64,000 nt of DNA from Candidatus Gastranaerophilales bacterium (GCA_944325865.1 CALVBS010000003.1:11223-75222); one strand, 5' to 3'. Numbered from the stretch's first letter, positions 26,008 to 34,862 are shown. The notes: generated by a model not told the origin, from the sequence alone. Program-made: numbers and translations.

Positions 26008-26031
26008 GAACGGGAACCCCCGTTCTTTTTT
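26008..26031 (+). terminator. Rho-independent terminator
   Basis: GAACGGG / CCCGTTC stem, 4-nt loop, T6. Confidence 0.8.
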
Positions 26032-26062
26032 ACTCATATAGGTTAAGAAAGAAGGTTGTATC

Positions 26063-26545
26063 GTGAAACAGGAAATTAACAGGCATGAAGTTCTGGAAAA
26101 AATTACACCGTTAATAGAAAATACCGCCATGCGATTCGGTTATATACCTATTGAGATAGAGTTTATAAAAGAAAACCACAGATGGTTTCTGCGAATATTT
26201 TTATATTCAAAAGAGAAAGATGTGACTCTCGATGATTGTGAAAAGGTTACAAGAAGCCTTTCTGATTTTCTGGATGAACTGATTCCTGTAAAATATAACC
26301 TTGAAGTTTCATCTCCCGGCTTGGAACGGAAGTTTAAATCAGATAAAGAGTTTGTGATTTTTAAAGGCAGAAGAGTAAGTATAAAACTTAAAAATCCGCT
26401 TGATGGTGAAACCGAAAAAATTTTTAAAGGTGAAATCCTTGATTTTGATGAAAATGAAGGGTTGAAGTTTTTCAGGTTTGATGATGGACAGGAATTGCAG
26501 ATTCCCCGTTCAAATATTCAATCAGCAAAGTTATATATCGATTAA
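26063..26545 (+). CDS. rimP: Ribosome maturation factor RimP
   Basis: 160 aa, GTG start. LEVSSPGLERKF signature. Immediately upstream of nusA. Confidence 0.9.
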   Translation: MKQEINRHEVLEKITPLIENTAMRFGYIPIEIEFIKENHRWFLRIFLYSKEKDVTLDDCEKVTRSLSDFLDELIPVKYNLEVSSPGLERKFKSDKEFVIFKGRRVSIKLKNPLDGETEKIFKGEILDFDENEGLKFFRFDDGQELQIPRSNIQSAKLYID

Positions 26546-26572
26546 AATAATTTAATATGAAAGGATAAAACA

Positions 26573-27811
26573 ATGATTAAAATCGGAACAGCACTTTTTG
26601 AAGCTTGTGAAGAACTTGAAAGAGAAAGAGGTATTTCAAAAGAAATTCTGATATCTTCTCTTTGTGATGCAATGGTAGCTGCTTACAAAAAACATATGAG
26701 AGTAAAAGAAGCTGCAAATATTGAGGCAATACTTGATGAGCAGGCAGGTGAAATCGGAGTTTTTAGTACAAAAACCGTGGTTGAATCAGTTGAAGAAGGC
26801 GAAGAAGACACGCAGATTTCAATCGGTGTAGCAAAGGAAATTGATGAAGATGTTGAAGTCGGTGACGAAGTTAAAATTGAAGTTACACCGGAACAGTTTG
26901 GCAGAATTGCTGCACAGGCTGCCAAACAGGTTATTACACAGAGAATCAGAGAGGCTGAAAGAAATCTGGTTTTAAATGAATTTCTTGAAAAGAAAGGTAC
27001 TCTTACAACAGGTATTATTCAACGTGTTGAAAATCGTAATGTAATAGTAAATATTGGCAAAACTGATGCAATTATGCCTCAAAAAGAACAAATTCCTGGT
27101 GAGTACTATAAACCTGGCAACAGAATAAGAGTTTTTGTTCTTAACGTAAAAGAAACAACAAGACTGCCGCAGGTAATTGTATCTCATGCTCATGCTGAAA
27201 TTGTACGTGAACTTTTTGAACTTGAGGTTCCGGAAATTGAAGACGGTATCGTTGAAATTAAATCGATTTCCCGTGAGGCCGGTTACAGAACAAAAATTGC
27301 GGTATGGTCAAATGACCCTGAGGTAGATTCAGTAGGTGCTTGTATCGGACCTCGCGGAAGCAGAATACAGACAATCGTTTCTGAATTGAAAAACGAAAAA
27401 ATTGATATCGTAAGATATTCAGAAGATCCTGTTGAATATATCGTAAACGCACTTTCTCCGGCAAGAGTTGTTTCAGTTGATATTCTGGCTGATGATGAAT
27501 ATTCGCATGAAGCAATGGTTGTAGTTCCTGATGATCAGCTTTCACTTGCTATAGGACGTGAAGGTCAGAATGTAAGACTGGCTCACAAACTTACAGGCTG
27601 GAAGATAGATATTAAGAGTGTTTCTCAAATGGAAAAAGCAGAAGCCGCTAACTTCCAAAATTACGAAGAACAGCCGGAGGAAGATGAAGACGATTCAAGA
27701 GAAGATGAACTTCAACAGGAGATTGAAGAAGAAATGAATCAACAGGCTCTTGATGAAGAAGATTTTCAGGACGAAACTCCGGTAGAAGAGTCTGAAGAAA
27801 CTGAAGAGTAA
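26573..27811 (+). CDS. nusA: Transcription termination/antitermination factor NusA
   Basis: 412 aa. S1 and two KH regions (GACIGPRGSRIQ, AIGREGQNVRLA), acidic tail. Confidence 0.96.
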   Translation: MIKIGTALFEACEELERERGISKEILISSLCDAMVAAYKKHMRVKEAANIEAILDEQAGEIGVFSTKTVVESVEEGEEDTQISIGVAKEIDEDVEVGDEVKIEVTPEQFGRIAAQAAKQVITQRIREAERNLVLNEFLEKKGTLTTGIIQRVENRNVIVNIGKTDAIMPQKEQIPGEYYKPGNRIRVFVLNVKETTRLPQVIVSHAHAEIVRELFELEVPEIEDGIVEIKSISREAGYRTKIAVWSNDPEVDSVGACIGPRGSRIQTIVSELKNEKIDIVRYSEDPVEYIVNALSPARVVSVDILADDEYSHEAMVVVPDDQLSLAIGREGQNVRLAHKLTGWKIDIKSVSQMEKAEAANFQNYEEQPEEDEDDSREDELQQEIEEEMNQQALDEEDFQDETPVEESEETEE

Positions 27812-27829
27812 CGTTATTAAATATAAAAA

Positions 27830-27861
27830 GAGGCTCAATCAATGAATTGAGCCTCTTTTTT
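27830..27861. terminator. Bidirectional rho-independent terminator
   Basis: GAGGCTCAAT / ATTGAGCCTC 10-bp stem flanked by A5 and T6. Lies between the convergent nusA and 27860..28045. Confidence 0.8.
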
Positions 27862-28045
27862 AAAATAAATTTTTGATAAAGCTTATTATTTTTTGAAATA
27901 CATTCTGTTTTTTAGGCCGGATGATATTATCCAGATTACTTACACCTAAAGGAATAGTCCAGTTTTTTTTGATTAATTTATCTACTTCTTTTGGTGATAG
28001 TTGTCTGCCTGTAAAAGCAGGAGATACAGGTCTGATTGTTGTCAT
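27860..28045 (-). CDS. Small hypothetical protein with N-terminal PAFTGR motif
   Basis: 61-aa ORF. The N-terminus resembles that of 29578..29940. Confidence 0.45.
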   Translation of the reverse strand: MTTIRPVSPAFTGRQLSPKEVDKLIKKNWTIPLGVSNLDNIIRPKKQNVFQKIISFIKNLF

Positions 28046-28181
28046 TTTTTATTCCCCTTTCTTAAATTGCTTTTTAAGAAAAGTCTATGAATAGTATTTT
28101 TTGTCAATACTTGCTAATAAATTTACAAATTTTAATAAATAAGAATTTATATGATACATGGCTGAAACTATGTCCTGTGTG

Positions 28182-28216
28182 TTGACAAAAAATATTGAGC
28201 AAATATTATATATAAT
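28182..28216 (+). promoter_or_regulatory. Candidate promoter of tuf
   Basis: Perfect TTGACA at 28182-28187, then TATTAT/ATTATA 16-17 nt downstream. About 60-nt leader with AAAAGGAG SD. Confidence 0.4.
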
Positions 28217-28276
28217 ATGGCTTAAATACCAAATTAGTATTGTAGTATAAACTAGAAGAAAAAGGAGATTAATCTC

Positions 28277-29485
28277 ATGGCACGTGAAAAGTATGAACGT
28301 ACGAAACCGCACGTTAACGTAGGTACAATCGGCCACGTTGACCACGGTAAAACAACATTAACAGCTGCTATTACTGCTGTATTGGCTGCTGCAGGTCAAG
28401 CTGCATTGAAAAAATTTGATGAAATCGACGCAGCTCCTGAAGAAAGAGCAAGAGGTATAACCATCTCTACTGCTCACGTAGAATATGAAACTGAAGCAAG
28501 ACACTATGCACACGTTGACTGTCCGGGGCACGCTGACTATGTTAAAAACATGATTACAGGTGCTGCTCAGATGGATGGTGCAATCCTCGTTGTTGCTGCT
28601 ACAGACGGTGCTATGCCTCAGACTCGTGAACACATTCTGTTGGCTAGACAGGTTGGTGTTCCTAACCTTGTTGTATTCTTAAATAAATGTGATATGGTTG
28701 ATGACCCTGAATTGTTAGAACTCGTTGAAATGGAAGTTAGAGAACTTCTTTCTTCTTATGAATTCGACGGTGACAACATTCCGTTCATCCATGGTTCAGC
28801 TTTGAAAGCTCTTGAAGCTGCTCAGGCTAACCCTGCTATTAAACGCGGTGAAGATAAATGGGTTGATAAAATCTGGGAATTGATGGATGCTATCGACACT
28901 TACTTCCCAACTCCTGAACGTGACTTAGACAAACCGTTCTTGATGCCTGTTGAAGACGTATTCTCTATCACAGGTCGTGGTACTGTTGCTACAGGCCGTG
29001 TAGAACGTGGTGTTGTTAAAGTTGGTGACGAAGTTGAATTAGTTGGTCTTGGCGAAACTAAGAAAACAACTGTTACCGGTGTTGAAATGTTTAGAAAATC
29101 TCTTGACCAAGGTCAGGCTGGTGATAACATCGGTGCATTGCTTCGTGGTATCGACAAAACTGATATTCAGCGTGGTCAGGTTCTTGCTAAACCGGGAACA
29201 ATTCACCCACACACTAAATTTACAGCTAACGTTTACGTATTGACTAAAGAAGAAGGCGGGCGTCATACTCCGTTCTTCCCTGGATACCGTCCTCAGTTCT
29301 ATATCAGAACTACTGACGTTACCGGTTCTATCAAATTTGACGGTCAAATGGTAATGCCTGGTGATAACGTAGTTATGGAAGTTGAACTTATCGCTCCTGT
29401 AGCTATCGAAGAAGGTATGAGATTCGCAATCCGTGAAGGTGGCCACACAGTTGGTGCCGGTGTTGTAGATAAAATTATTGAATAA
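28277..29485 (+). CDS. tuf: Elongation factor Tu
   Basis: 402 aa. [22 protein letters not shown] and SALKALE motifs. Full-length EF-Tu. Confidence 0.98.
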   Translation: MAREKYERTKPHVNVGTIGHVDHGKTTLTAAITAVLAAAGQAALKKFDEIDAAPEERARGITISTAHVEYETEARHYAHVDCPGHADYVKNMITGAAQMDGAILVVAATDGAMPQTREHILLARQVGVPNLVVFLNKCDMVDDPELLELVEMEVRELLSSYEFDGDNIPFIHGSALKALEAAQANPAIKRGEDKWVDKIWELMDAIDTYFPTPERDLDKPFLMPVEDVFSITGRGTVATGRVERGVVKVGDEVELVGLGETKKTTVTGVEMFRKSLDQGQAGDNIGALLRGIDKTDIQRGQVLAKPGTIHPHTKFTANVYVLTKEEGGRHTPFFPGYRPQFYIRTTDVTGSIKFDGQMVMPGDNVVMEVELIAPVAIEEGMRFAIREGGHTVGAGVVDKIIE

Positions 29486-29520
29486 TTTTATTAACTCATA
29501 ACCGAAAAAAATAATAAGAA

Positions 29521-29556
29521 AGAGCTGATATATAAATTATGTCAGCTCTTTCTGTC
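29521..29556 (+). terminator. Probable terminator after tuf
   Basis: AGAGCTGA / TCAGCTCT stem with a 13-nt loop, then a T-rich tail (weak T-run). Confidence 0.45.
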
Positions 29557-29577
29557 TAATAATTTAGGAGAAAATGT

Positions 29578-29940
29578 ATGTCAATTCAAAAAATAAATTC
29601 ACAACCTGCTTTTAGCGGAAAATTGTCTGCAAATACCGTTAAAAAGTTTGCAGAGGCACTAGGGGATAATGGCTTGAAAACTGCAGGTAAATTCCGTGCC
29701 GGAAAAAATAAACATGATAATATAGATGTTATTTACCATTCGTATCCAGAGATAGATATTTATAAAGGTAAAATTCCTATGACTGATACTTATATGGAAG
29801 TATCAAATTCTCATAGTAAAAAACCACCTGTAAGATTATTACTTGCTAAAGGTAAAATGCCGTTTGGACAGGACATGCTTGATTTAATAAGAGTAAAAAT
29901 GAAGATTGTTGATAAACTGAAAAATAAGACTAAAGTTTAA
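29578..29940 (+). CDS. Hypothetical protein with N-terminal PAFSGK motif
   Basis: 120-aa ORF with AGGAG SD. No recognisable domain. Confidence 0.55.
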   Translation: MSIQKINSQPAFSGKLSANTVKKFAEALGDNGLKTAGKFRAGKNKHDNIDVIYHSYPEIDIYKGKIPMTDTYMEVSNSHSKKPPVRLLLAKGKMPFGQDMLDLIRVKMKIVDKLKNKTKV

Positions 29941-29949
29941 TTAATTCAA

Positions 29950-29977
29950 AAAGGTCTGCCTATTTAAGCAGACCTTT
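29950..29977. terminator. Bidirectional terminator hairpin
   Basis: AAAGGTCTGC / GCAGACCTTT stem, 8-nt loop, T-rich on both sides. Lies between convergent genes. Confidence 0.7.
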
Positions 29978-30011
29978 ACATTTTTATTTTCCCCTAAAAA
30001 ATCCTTTTGAA

Positions 30012-30197
30012 TTAGTTTGTTGCTGTCATTTTCAATTCATCAAATTTATTGTTATTTGTATGAATGCGTTTTAAATATTTAGTTAGTGATTTAGCTACCA
30101 TTTGTGAGCGTTTTTGAGCTTCTTTGTCAAGAATTTCAAAGTACTCGTCGATTGAAGACATAATGTAACCGTTGTTTTTAGTTTCTAAGTTTTCCAT
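30012..30197 (-). CDS. Small hypothetical protein, possibly a second ribbon-helix-helix protein
   Basis: 61-aa ORF. YIMSSIDEYFEILDKEAQKRSQMVAKSLTKYL fits a strand-helix-helix pattern. Downstream of the CopG-like gene. Confidence 0.35.
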   Translation of the reverse strand: MENLETKNNGYIMSSIDEYFEILDKEAQKRSQMVAKSLTKYLKRIHTNNNKFDELKMTATN

Positions 30198-30246
30198 TTT
30201 TCCCCTATCCTTTTCTTTAATTTTTATTATAGCTTAATTTTTAGAT

Positions 30247-30435
30247 TTAGCCAAGTAGTGTTTCTAAAATTTCGGCATTTTGCATTGCCTTTTTAGAATT
30301 TCTTACCTGATTTCGGTACATATAAGTACGAAGTGCTTCCCTGATTAGTTCTGAGCGAGTGCGGTTTTCTGATGTTGCAACATTGTCTATCTCGTCTAAA
30401 AATCTTTCAGGCATTGAAATTAAAACCCTAGCCAT
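30247..30435 (-). CDS. CopG/RHH-family DNA-binding protein
   Basis: 62 aa. RVLISMPERFLDEIDNVA...RTRSELIREALRTYM is a textbook ribbon-helix-helix sequence. Confidence 0.75.
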   Translation of the reverse strand: MARVLISMPERFLDEIDNVATSENRTRSELIREALRTYMYRNQVRNSKKAMQNAEILETLLG

Positions 30436-30562
30436 AATGAACTCCTTTTTCCTTTTCTTTTCCCTGTAGTGTATTTCCCTTACATATATATAAAGTAAAA
30501 ATATAATGAAAAATTGCTTAAATTTTATATATTTTTTATGATTTTTTTAACAATTCTTTATA

Positions 30563-31318
30563 TTAAAATCTTCTTACGTAATAATTGTTATCACTTTTTA
30601 ACTGGATTTTTATTTTATTCAAATCATCGTCCTGAAAATTAAGTGTTAATATTCGGGCAGTTTTTTCACGTATGGTGTAGTCGTTAATTTCTTTTGTAGC
30701 AAGGAGAATTGGTTTTAATTCAGAAAATTTGATTTTATCTGCAAAGTCATAGAGTGTTTCCAGACACCAGTAGAGTTTAAAAACTTCTTTGTTAACTTTA
30801 TATTTACCGTCCTGCAGATCAAAATCTTTTATGATATCAATTAGTGTCCATATTTTTTGTATAAGCTTATTGGTGTAATATTTTGAGAAATCTTCTGAAT
30901 CTTTCATATTAGCTACTGCATTAATGATATTTCTGCAGATATTTCCGTTTATATCAATAATTGCCTCAAGAAAAATATCATATGCATTTATATTCTGAAA
31001 GTAATGAAGTGTTTGTGGATTGCACATAAATTCATTTATCCTCAAAGAGACGGCTTCTCTGATTTTACCGTCTTGTCCTGTAAGGTTAGCAAGAAAGATC
31101 CGGGCCTGTTCTTCGGATTCAACTGTTTTAATTCTAAGTGCTGCAATTTGTTTTTGAGGAATATTGCCGTTTTTCAGTAATTCATAGAGTTCGGCATCAG
31201 AAAAATCTTTTGAAGCAAGCTCAAGTGCCTGTTTAAAATTTTCCTCGTGAGAATTAAAATATGAATTATCATTATTGTTTATACTTTTGTTCATAGAGTC
31301 TGATATATAATTATTCAA
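30563..31318 (-). CDS. Hypothetical HEAT-repeat-like protein
   Basis: 251-aa helical ORF. QKQIAALRIKTV...GKIREAVSLRINEF resembles HEAT repeats. Confidence 0.55.
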   Translation of the reverse strand: MNNYISDSMNKSINNNDNSYFNSHEENFKQALELASKDFSDAELYELLKNGNIPQKQIAALRIKTVESEEQARIFLANLTGQDGKIREAVSLRINEFMCNPQTLHYFQNINAYDIFLEAIIDINGNICRNIINAVANMKDSEDFSKYYTNKLIQKIWTLIDIIKDFDLQDGKYKVNKEVFKLYWCLETLYDFADKIKFSELKPILLATKEINDYTIREKTARILTLNFQDDDLNKIKIQLKSDNNYYVRRF

Positions 31319-31436
31319 ATTTAATTACTGTGGTTTCATATATCTATAATATAGCATAAAGTATAATGAAAATTTGACTTTCGCGGCTTTTAATGTATTA
31401 TATCGATAGAAGGAACTTTTGTGTGAGGAAATACAA

Positions 31437-31610
31437 ATGCAAGATTTGATAAAATTTTTAAAAGAAATATTTATGTTTAAAGGGGACGATACAAAAAAGA
31501 TTGGATTGTGCCAATTTAAGACTACACAGCCTGTAGAGAAAAAAGCTGCAAAGACAATTAAACCGGCAAGTGAAGTCAAACTGTCAGATCTTATGAGAAG
31601 AAGCTACTAA
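31437..31610 (+). CDS. Small hypothetical protein
   Basis: 57 aa from ATG31437 (GAGGAAA SD); the track starts at GTG31419. No similarity recognised. Confidence 0.4.
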   Translation: MQDLIKFLKEIFMFKGDDTKKIGLCQFKTTQPVEKKAAKTIKPASEVKLSDLMRRSY

Positions 31611-31699
31611 TCCCTTGAAATTTCTTTTGACATCTTTTATAATAAAGAATGTGGAGAATATTATAGGGAGATTGAATATGCTAAAATTCAACTGTAGTA

Positions 31700-32407
31700 A
31701 TGCTTTCGGGGGGGGGGGCAAGTAATCTAAGCTCTCCGCTTAAGGCTTTTGGTAGTGTCCTTAAAAAAACAGGTTTTACATTAGCAGAAGTACTGATTAC
31801 GCTGGGTATAATCGGTGTGGTTGCTGCAATGACGCTGCCTACAGTAATAACAAATGTACAGAAAAAAGTTGTAGAAAACCAGTTAAAAGTATTTAATACA
31901 ACCATAAACAATGCATTCAGAATGGCACAGGCAGAGCACGGCGGTAGATTTGATGACTGGATACCTAGTTATCACTATCTTTCTTTTACTGAAATTCGAG
32001 AGTGGCTTGAGAAATACTTATTTCCATATATAAAATATTCAGATGTGAGTGATTGCCGTGGTGAAGATATGGTAGGTGACAATACTTTTATTCAGGAAGG
32101 AATCTGCTTTCATATGGCAAACGGAGCTTTAATATGGATACATATTAATGATGATGGCGGAGATTTAATTTATTATGTAAATGGAAAAATACAATCAAAT
32201 CCAAGAAACAGGTTTGGCTTTCAGTTTGCAAAAACCAATAAAAAGAGTGAATTTGTGGAGCCATATGTATTTAACTGGAATGGAAATGAATCAAGTTTAA
32301 AAACTGATGGAACATGGGGCTGCTATAAAGGCTGTACAAACTGTGCTTACTGCACCAAATTAATCCAGCTTAATAACTGGGAAATTCCTGATGATTATCC
32401 GTGGTAG
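31700..32407 (+). CDS. Prepilin-type N-terminal cleavage/methylation domain protein (pseudopilin-like), probably phase-variable
   Basis: KKTG|FTLAEVLITLGIIGVVAAMTLP class III signal. C-terminal Cys-rich ...LIQLNNWEIPDDYPW. In frame from ATG31700 with 11 G. An SD-equipped ATG31678 is one frame off. Confidence 0.8.
   Translation: MLSGGGASNLSSPLKAFGSVLKKTGFTLAEVLITLGIIGVVAAMTLPTVITNVQKKVVENQLKVFNTTINNAFRMAQAEHGGRFDDWIPSYHYLSFTEIREWLEKYLFPYIKYSDVSDCRGEDMVGDNTFIQEGICFHMANGALIWIHINDDGGDLIYYVNGKIQSNPRNRFGFQFAKTNKKSEFVEPYVFNWNGNESSLKTDGTWGCYKGCTNCAYCTKLIQLNNWEIPDDYPW
31708..31718 (+). repeat. Homopolymeric G11 tract inside the leader-coding region of a prepilin-type gene
   Basis: Counted directly: ...tgctttc GGGGGGGGGGG caagtaat... 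Confidence 0.95.
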
Positions 32408-32986
32408 CTAGTATTCAATACCTTTTCTGGCAACAATTCCGGTATCCCAGTAATGTTTTACCGGTTTTATTTCTGATACAAGATGGGCAATATCTATAAT
32501 TTCCTGTCTTGCATTCCTGCCGGTAAGCACAATTTCCATATCTTCAGGTTTGCTTTTCAATACGGCAATCATTTCTTGTAAGTCAATAAAACCCATATCT
32601 ATTGCAATGTTTGCCTCGTCAAGAATTATAAGATTATATTCATCATTCTTGATAGCTTTTTTAGCAAGCTCCCATCCTTCTTTTACTATATTTTCATCAT
32701 TTTCTGTTTTGTTGTTTTGATAGACTATTTTGTCTGAGCCGGCCTGTATAATTGTAAGGTTTCTTGCAATTTCCGGAGAAAGATTCCTGAATGAATTTAA
32801 TTCCCCATAGTCGTCTCCGCCTTTCATAAACATGATGATTAAAACTTTCCAGCATCGCCCAAGAGCACGCATAGCAAGTCCGAGAGACGCAGTAGTTTTC
32901 CCTTTGCCGTCTCCGGTATAAACCTGAATGTATCCGTGTTTCGCCCAATTTGGATTTATTAAGTTGTTTTCACATTTGTCCATCAT
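32408..32986 (-). CDS. cobO: Cob(I)alamin adenosyltransferase (CobO/BtuR type), copy 2
   Basis: 192 aa. GYIQVYTGDGKGKTTASLGLAMRALGRCWKVLIIMFMKGG. Paralog of 23536..24069. Confidence 0.9.
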   Translation of the reverse strand: MMDKCENNLINPNWAKHGYIQVYTGDGKGKTTASLGLAMRALGRCWKVLIIMFMKGGDDYGELNSFRNLSPEIARNLTIIQAGSDKIVYQNNKTENDENIVKEGWELAKKAIKNDEYNLIILDEANIAIDMGFIDLQEMIAVLKSKPEDMEIVLTGRNARQEIIDIAHLVSEIKPVKHYWDTGIVARKGIEY

Positions 32987-33010
32987 TTGTATTTATTATA
33001 TATTAAAAAC

Positions 33011-33538
33011 ATGCTCGAAAAAACACACATACGTACCATATTTAAGGAAGAACGGAAAAAGCTGGATATTGCACTAATTAGTAAGGATATTGTAAAAAAT
33101 ATACGTTCGTCGGATTTTTATAAAAATGCTGAGCATGTTATGCTCTTTTATCCGCTTAAATATGAGATTAACCTGCTGGATTTGTTGAATGATAATAAAA
33201 ATTTTTATTTTCCGAAAGTCGCTGGAGAAAATCTTCTGGTATGTCCTTATGATGGATCTATAAGACTTGAAAAATCCGCACTTAATATTTATGAACCATG
33301 TTCAGCCCCTGTTTTCCCCGAAATATTGGATTTAATTTTTGTTCCGGCTCTTGCCGTTGATAAAAAATATTATCGTCTCGGATACGGAGGCGGTTATTAT
33401 GATAGATTTCTGAAAGGCTGTAATGCTGTTACTGCAGTTGCGATTCCGGAGGACTTTATCATTGAAGAGCTTCCCCACGATATATTTGATGTTGCAGTAG
33501 AGCATGTTATTACAAACGGCAAAAAGGCTCACGTTTAA
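33011..33538 (+). CDS. 5-formyltetrahydrofolate cyclo-ligase
   Basis: LIFVPALAVDKKYYRLGYGGGYYDRFL C-terminal signature. ATG33011 preferred over the track's TTG32987. Confidence 0.85.
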   Translation: MLEKTHIRTIFKEERKKLDIALISKDIVKNIRSSDFYKNAEHVMLFYPLKYEINLLDLLNDNKNFYFPKVAGENLLVCPYDGSIRLEKSALNIYEPCSAPVFPEILDLIFVPALAVDKKYYRLGYGGGYYDRFLKGCNAVTAVAIPEDFIIEELPHDIFDVAVEHVITNGKKAHV

Positions 33539-33593
33539 GTGAGCCTTAAATATCGGTTAGTTAAGGAGAGAGGATGGATATTGCCTGTATGAA

Positions 33594-34121
33594 TTATGCT
33601 ACATATTCAGGTTTCCATTGTTCTGCGGCTTTGTCTTCACCCTGTTTAGTGCTTTCAAATTCAGCTTCTAAGAGTTTTAACTGGGTTTCTAATTTTGCCT
33701 TTTCCTGTTGGATTGCTTTTTCCTGTTCATTCAAAAGTTTTTGTTCAACTTTTCCAAACTGTTCACGCTGTTGTTTGTACAAGTTATCAAAGATCCATTT
33801 CTGATACATCATTTGTTGATTTGGATCCTGCATTTGCTGCATTTGGGCTTGAATTTGAGGTAAAGCCATCATCTGCTGCATTTGCTGTTGTGCGTTCATT
33901 AATGAACCGTTGTGAGCATACGTCATATACATCATTGTTCTACCAAACATTGATGCAGGTGTGTTCATCATATCGCTTACTGAAATTGCCCCGTCTGCAA
34001 TGTTAGCTGCATATTGCTGCAGGTCTTGCAGTTTCTGGTTTAATTGCATTAAGCGATAGTTTAAATCACTTTTCTGACGAATGATCTGAATTTTCCTATA
34101 CGCGAAAATCAATAGAGACAT
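33594..34121 (-). CDS. Hypothetical Q/M-rich coiled-coil protein
   Basis: 175-aa ORF, low-complexity QQMQQM region, helical ends. Confidence 0.55.
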   Translation of the reverse strand: MSLLIFAYRKIQIIRQKSDLNYRLMQLNQKLQDLQQYAANIADGAISVSDMMNTPASMFGRTMMYMTYAHNGSLMNAQQQMQQMMALPQIQAQMQQMQDPNQQMMYQKWIFDNLYKQQREQFGKVEQKLLNEQEKAIQQEKAKLETQLKLLEAEFESTKQGEDKAAEQWKPEYVA

Positions 34122-34186
34122 TGTCCTACTCCTACCATAATTTTAACTAACCTAATTTAACCTATTTTCTACCTTACATATATATA

Positions 34187-34218
34187 AAAACATGCAACTC
34201 CTAAGAATTGCATGTTTT
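34187..34218 (-). terminator. Terminator hairpin after clpP
   Basis: AAAACATGCAA / TTGCATGTTTT 11-bp stem, 10-nt loop, T-rich end. Confidence 0.5.
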
Positions 34219-34247
34219 GCTAAATCTGTTAATATTTCTTAATAAAG

Positions 34248-34862
34248 TTATAAAGAATTACGTTCAACAACTTTGTCAATAAGACCGTAGTCTTTGGCTT
34301 CCTGTGCAGATAAGTAATGGTCTCTTTCGCAGTCTTCTTTAACTTTATCAAACGGCTGACCGGAATTTTCTGCCATAATTCCGATTAACATATTTTTCAT
34401 ACGGATAATTTCTTTAGCTTCAAGCTCAATATCTGTAGCCTGTCCTTTTGCCCCGCCGAGAGGCTGGTGAATCATAATTCTGGAATTAGGCAATGCCATT
34501 CTTTTACCCTTTGTACCGGAGCACAGCAAGAATGCTCCCATAGATGCCGCATCTCCCAGACAAATCGTCGCAACATCGGACTTTATAAGATTCATTGTGT
34601 CATAAATTGCCATACCGGCTGTAATTACACCGCCCGGACTGTTTATATAAAGCATAATATCTTTTTCGTTATTTTCGCTGTCCAGAAGTAAAAGCTGTGC
34701 AACGATAGAATTTGCAACCTCATCATCAATTTCCGTTCCAAGGAATATTATTCTTTCTCTTAACAATCTTGAAAATATATCAAAAGAGCGTTCGCCTCTT
34801 GAAGATGCTTCTATAACCGTAGGTACATAACCCATAATTCTTAAATAAGTCTCTTGATCCAT
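34248..34862 (-). CDS. clpP: ATP-dependent Clp protease proteolytic subunit
   Basis: 204 aa. [20 protein letters not shown] (Ser), MIHQPLGG (His) motifs. Confidence 0.97.
   Translation of the reverse strand: MDQETYLRIMGYVPTVIEASSRGERSFDIFSRLLRERIIFLGTEIDDEVANSIVAQLLLLDSENNEKDIMLYINSPGGVITAGMAIYDTMNLIKSDVATICLGDAASMGAFLLCSGTKGKRMALPNSRIMIHQPLGGAKGQATDIELEAKEIIRMKNMLIGIMAENSGQPFDKVKEDCERDHYLSAQEAKDYGLIDKVVERNSL

Noticed and set aside
28085-28345. 86-aa minus-strand ORF overlapping the tuf promoter and start
   Set aside because: It is an AT-rich hydrophobic translation without an SD, and it overlaps the tuf leader, which has a perfect TTGACA box and an AAAAGGAG SD.
30012-30435. Toxin-antitoxin interpretation of the RHH gene pair
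   Set aside because: The downstream 61-aa protein looks like a second RHH rather than any toxin fold I recognise, and the spacing (49 nt) is not the usual overlap. There is not enough evidence to call a TA system.
31325-31579. 84-aa minus-strand ORF in the spacer upstream of the HEAT-like gene
   Set aside because: It has no SD and an odd hydrophobic composition, and it overlaps the better-supported plus-strand small ORF 31437..31610. Even that ORF is only moderately supported.
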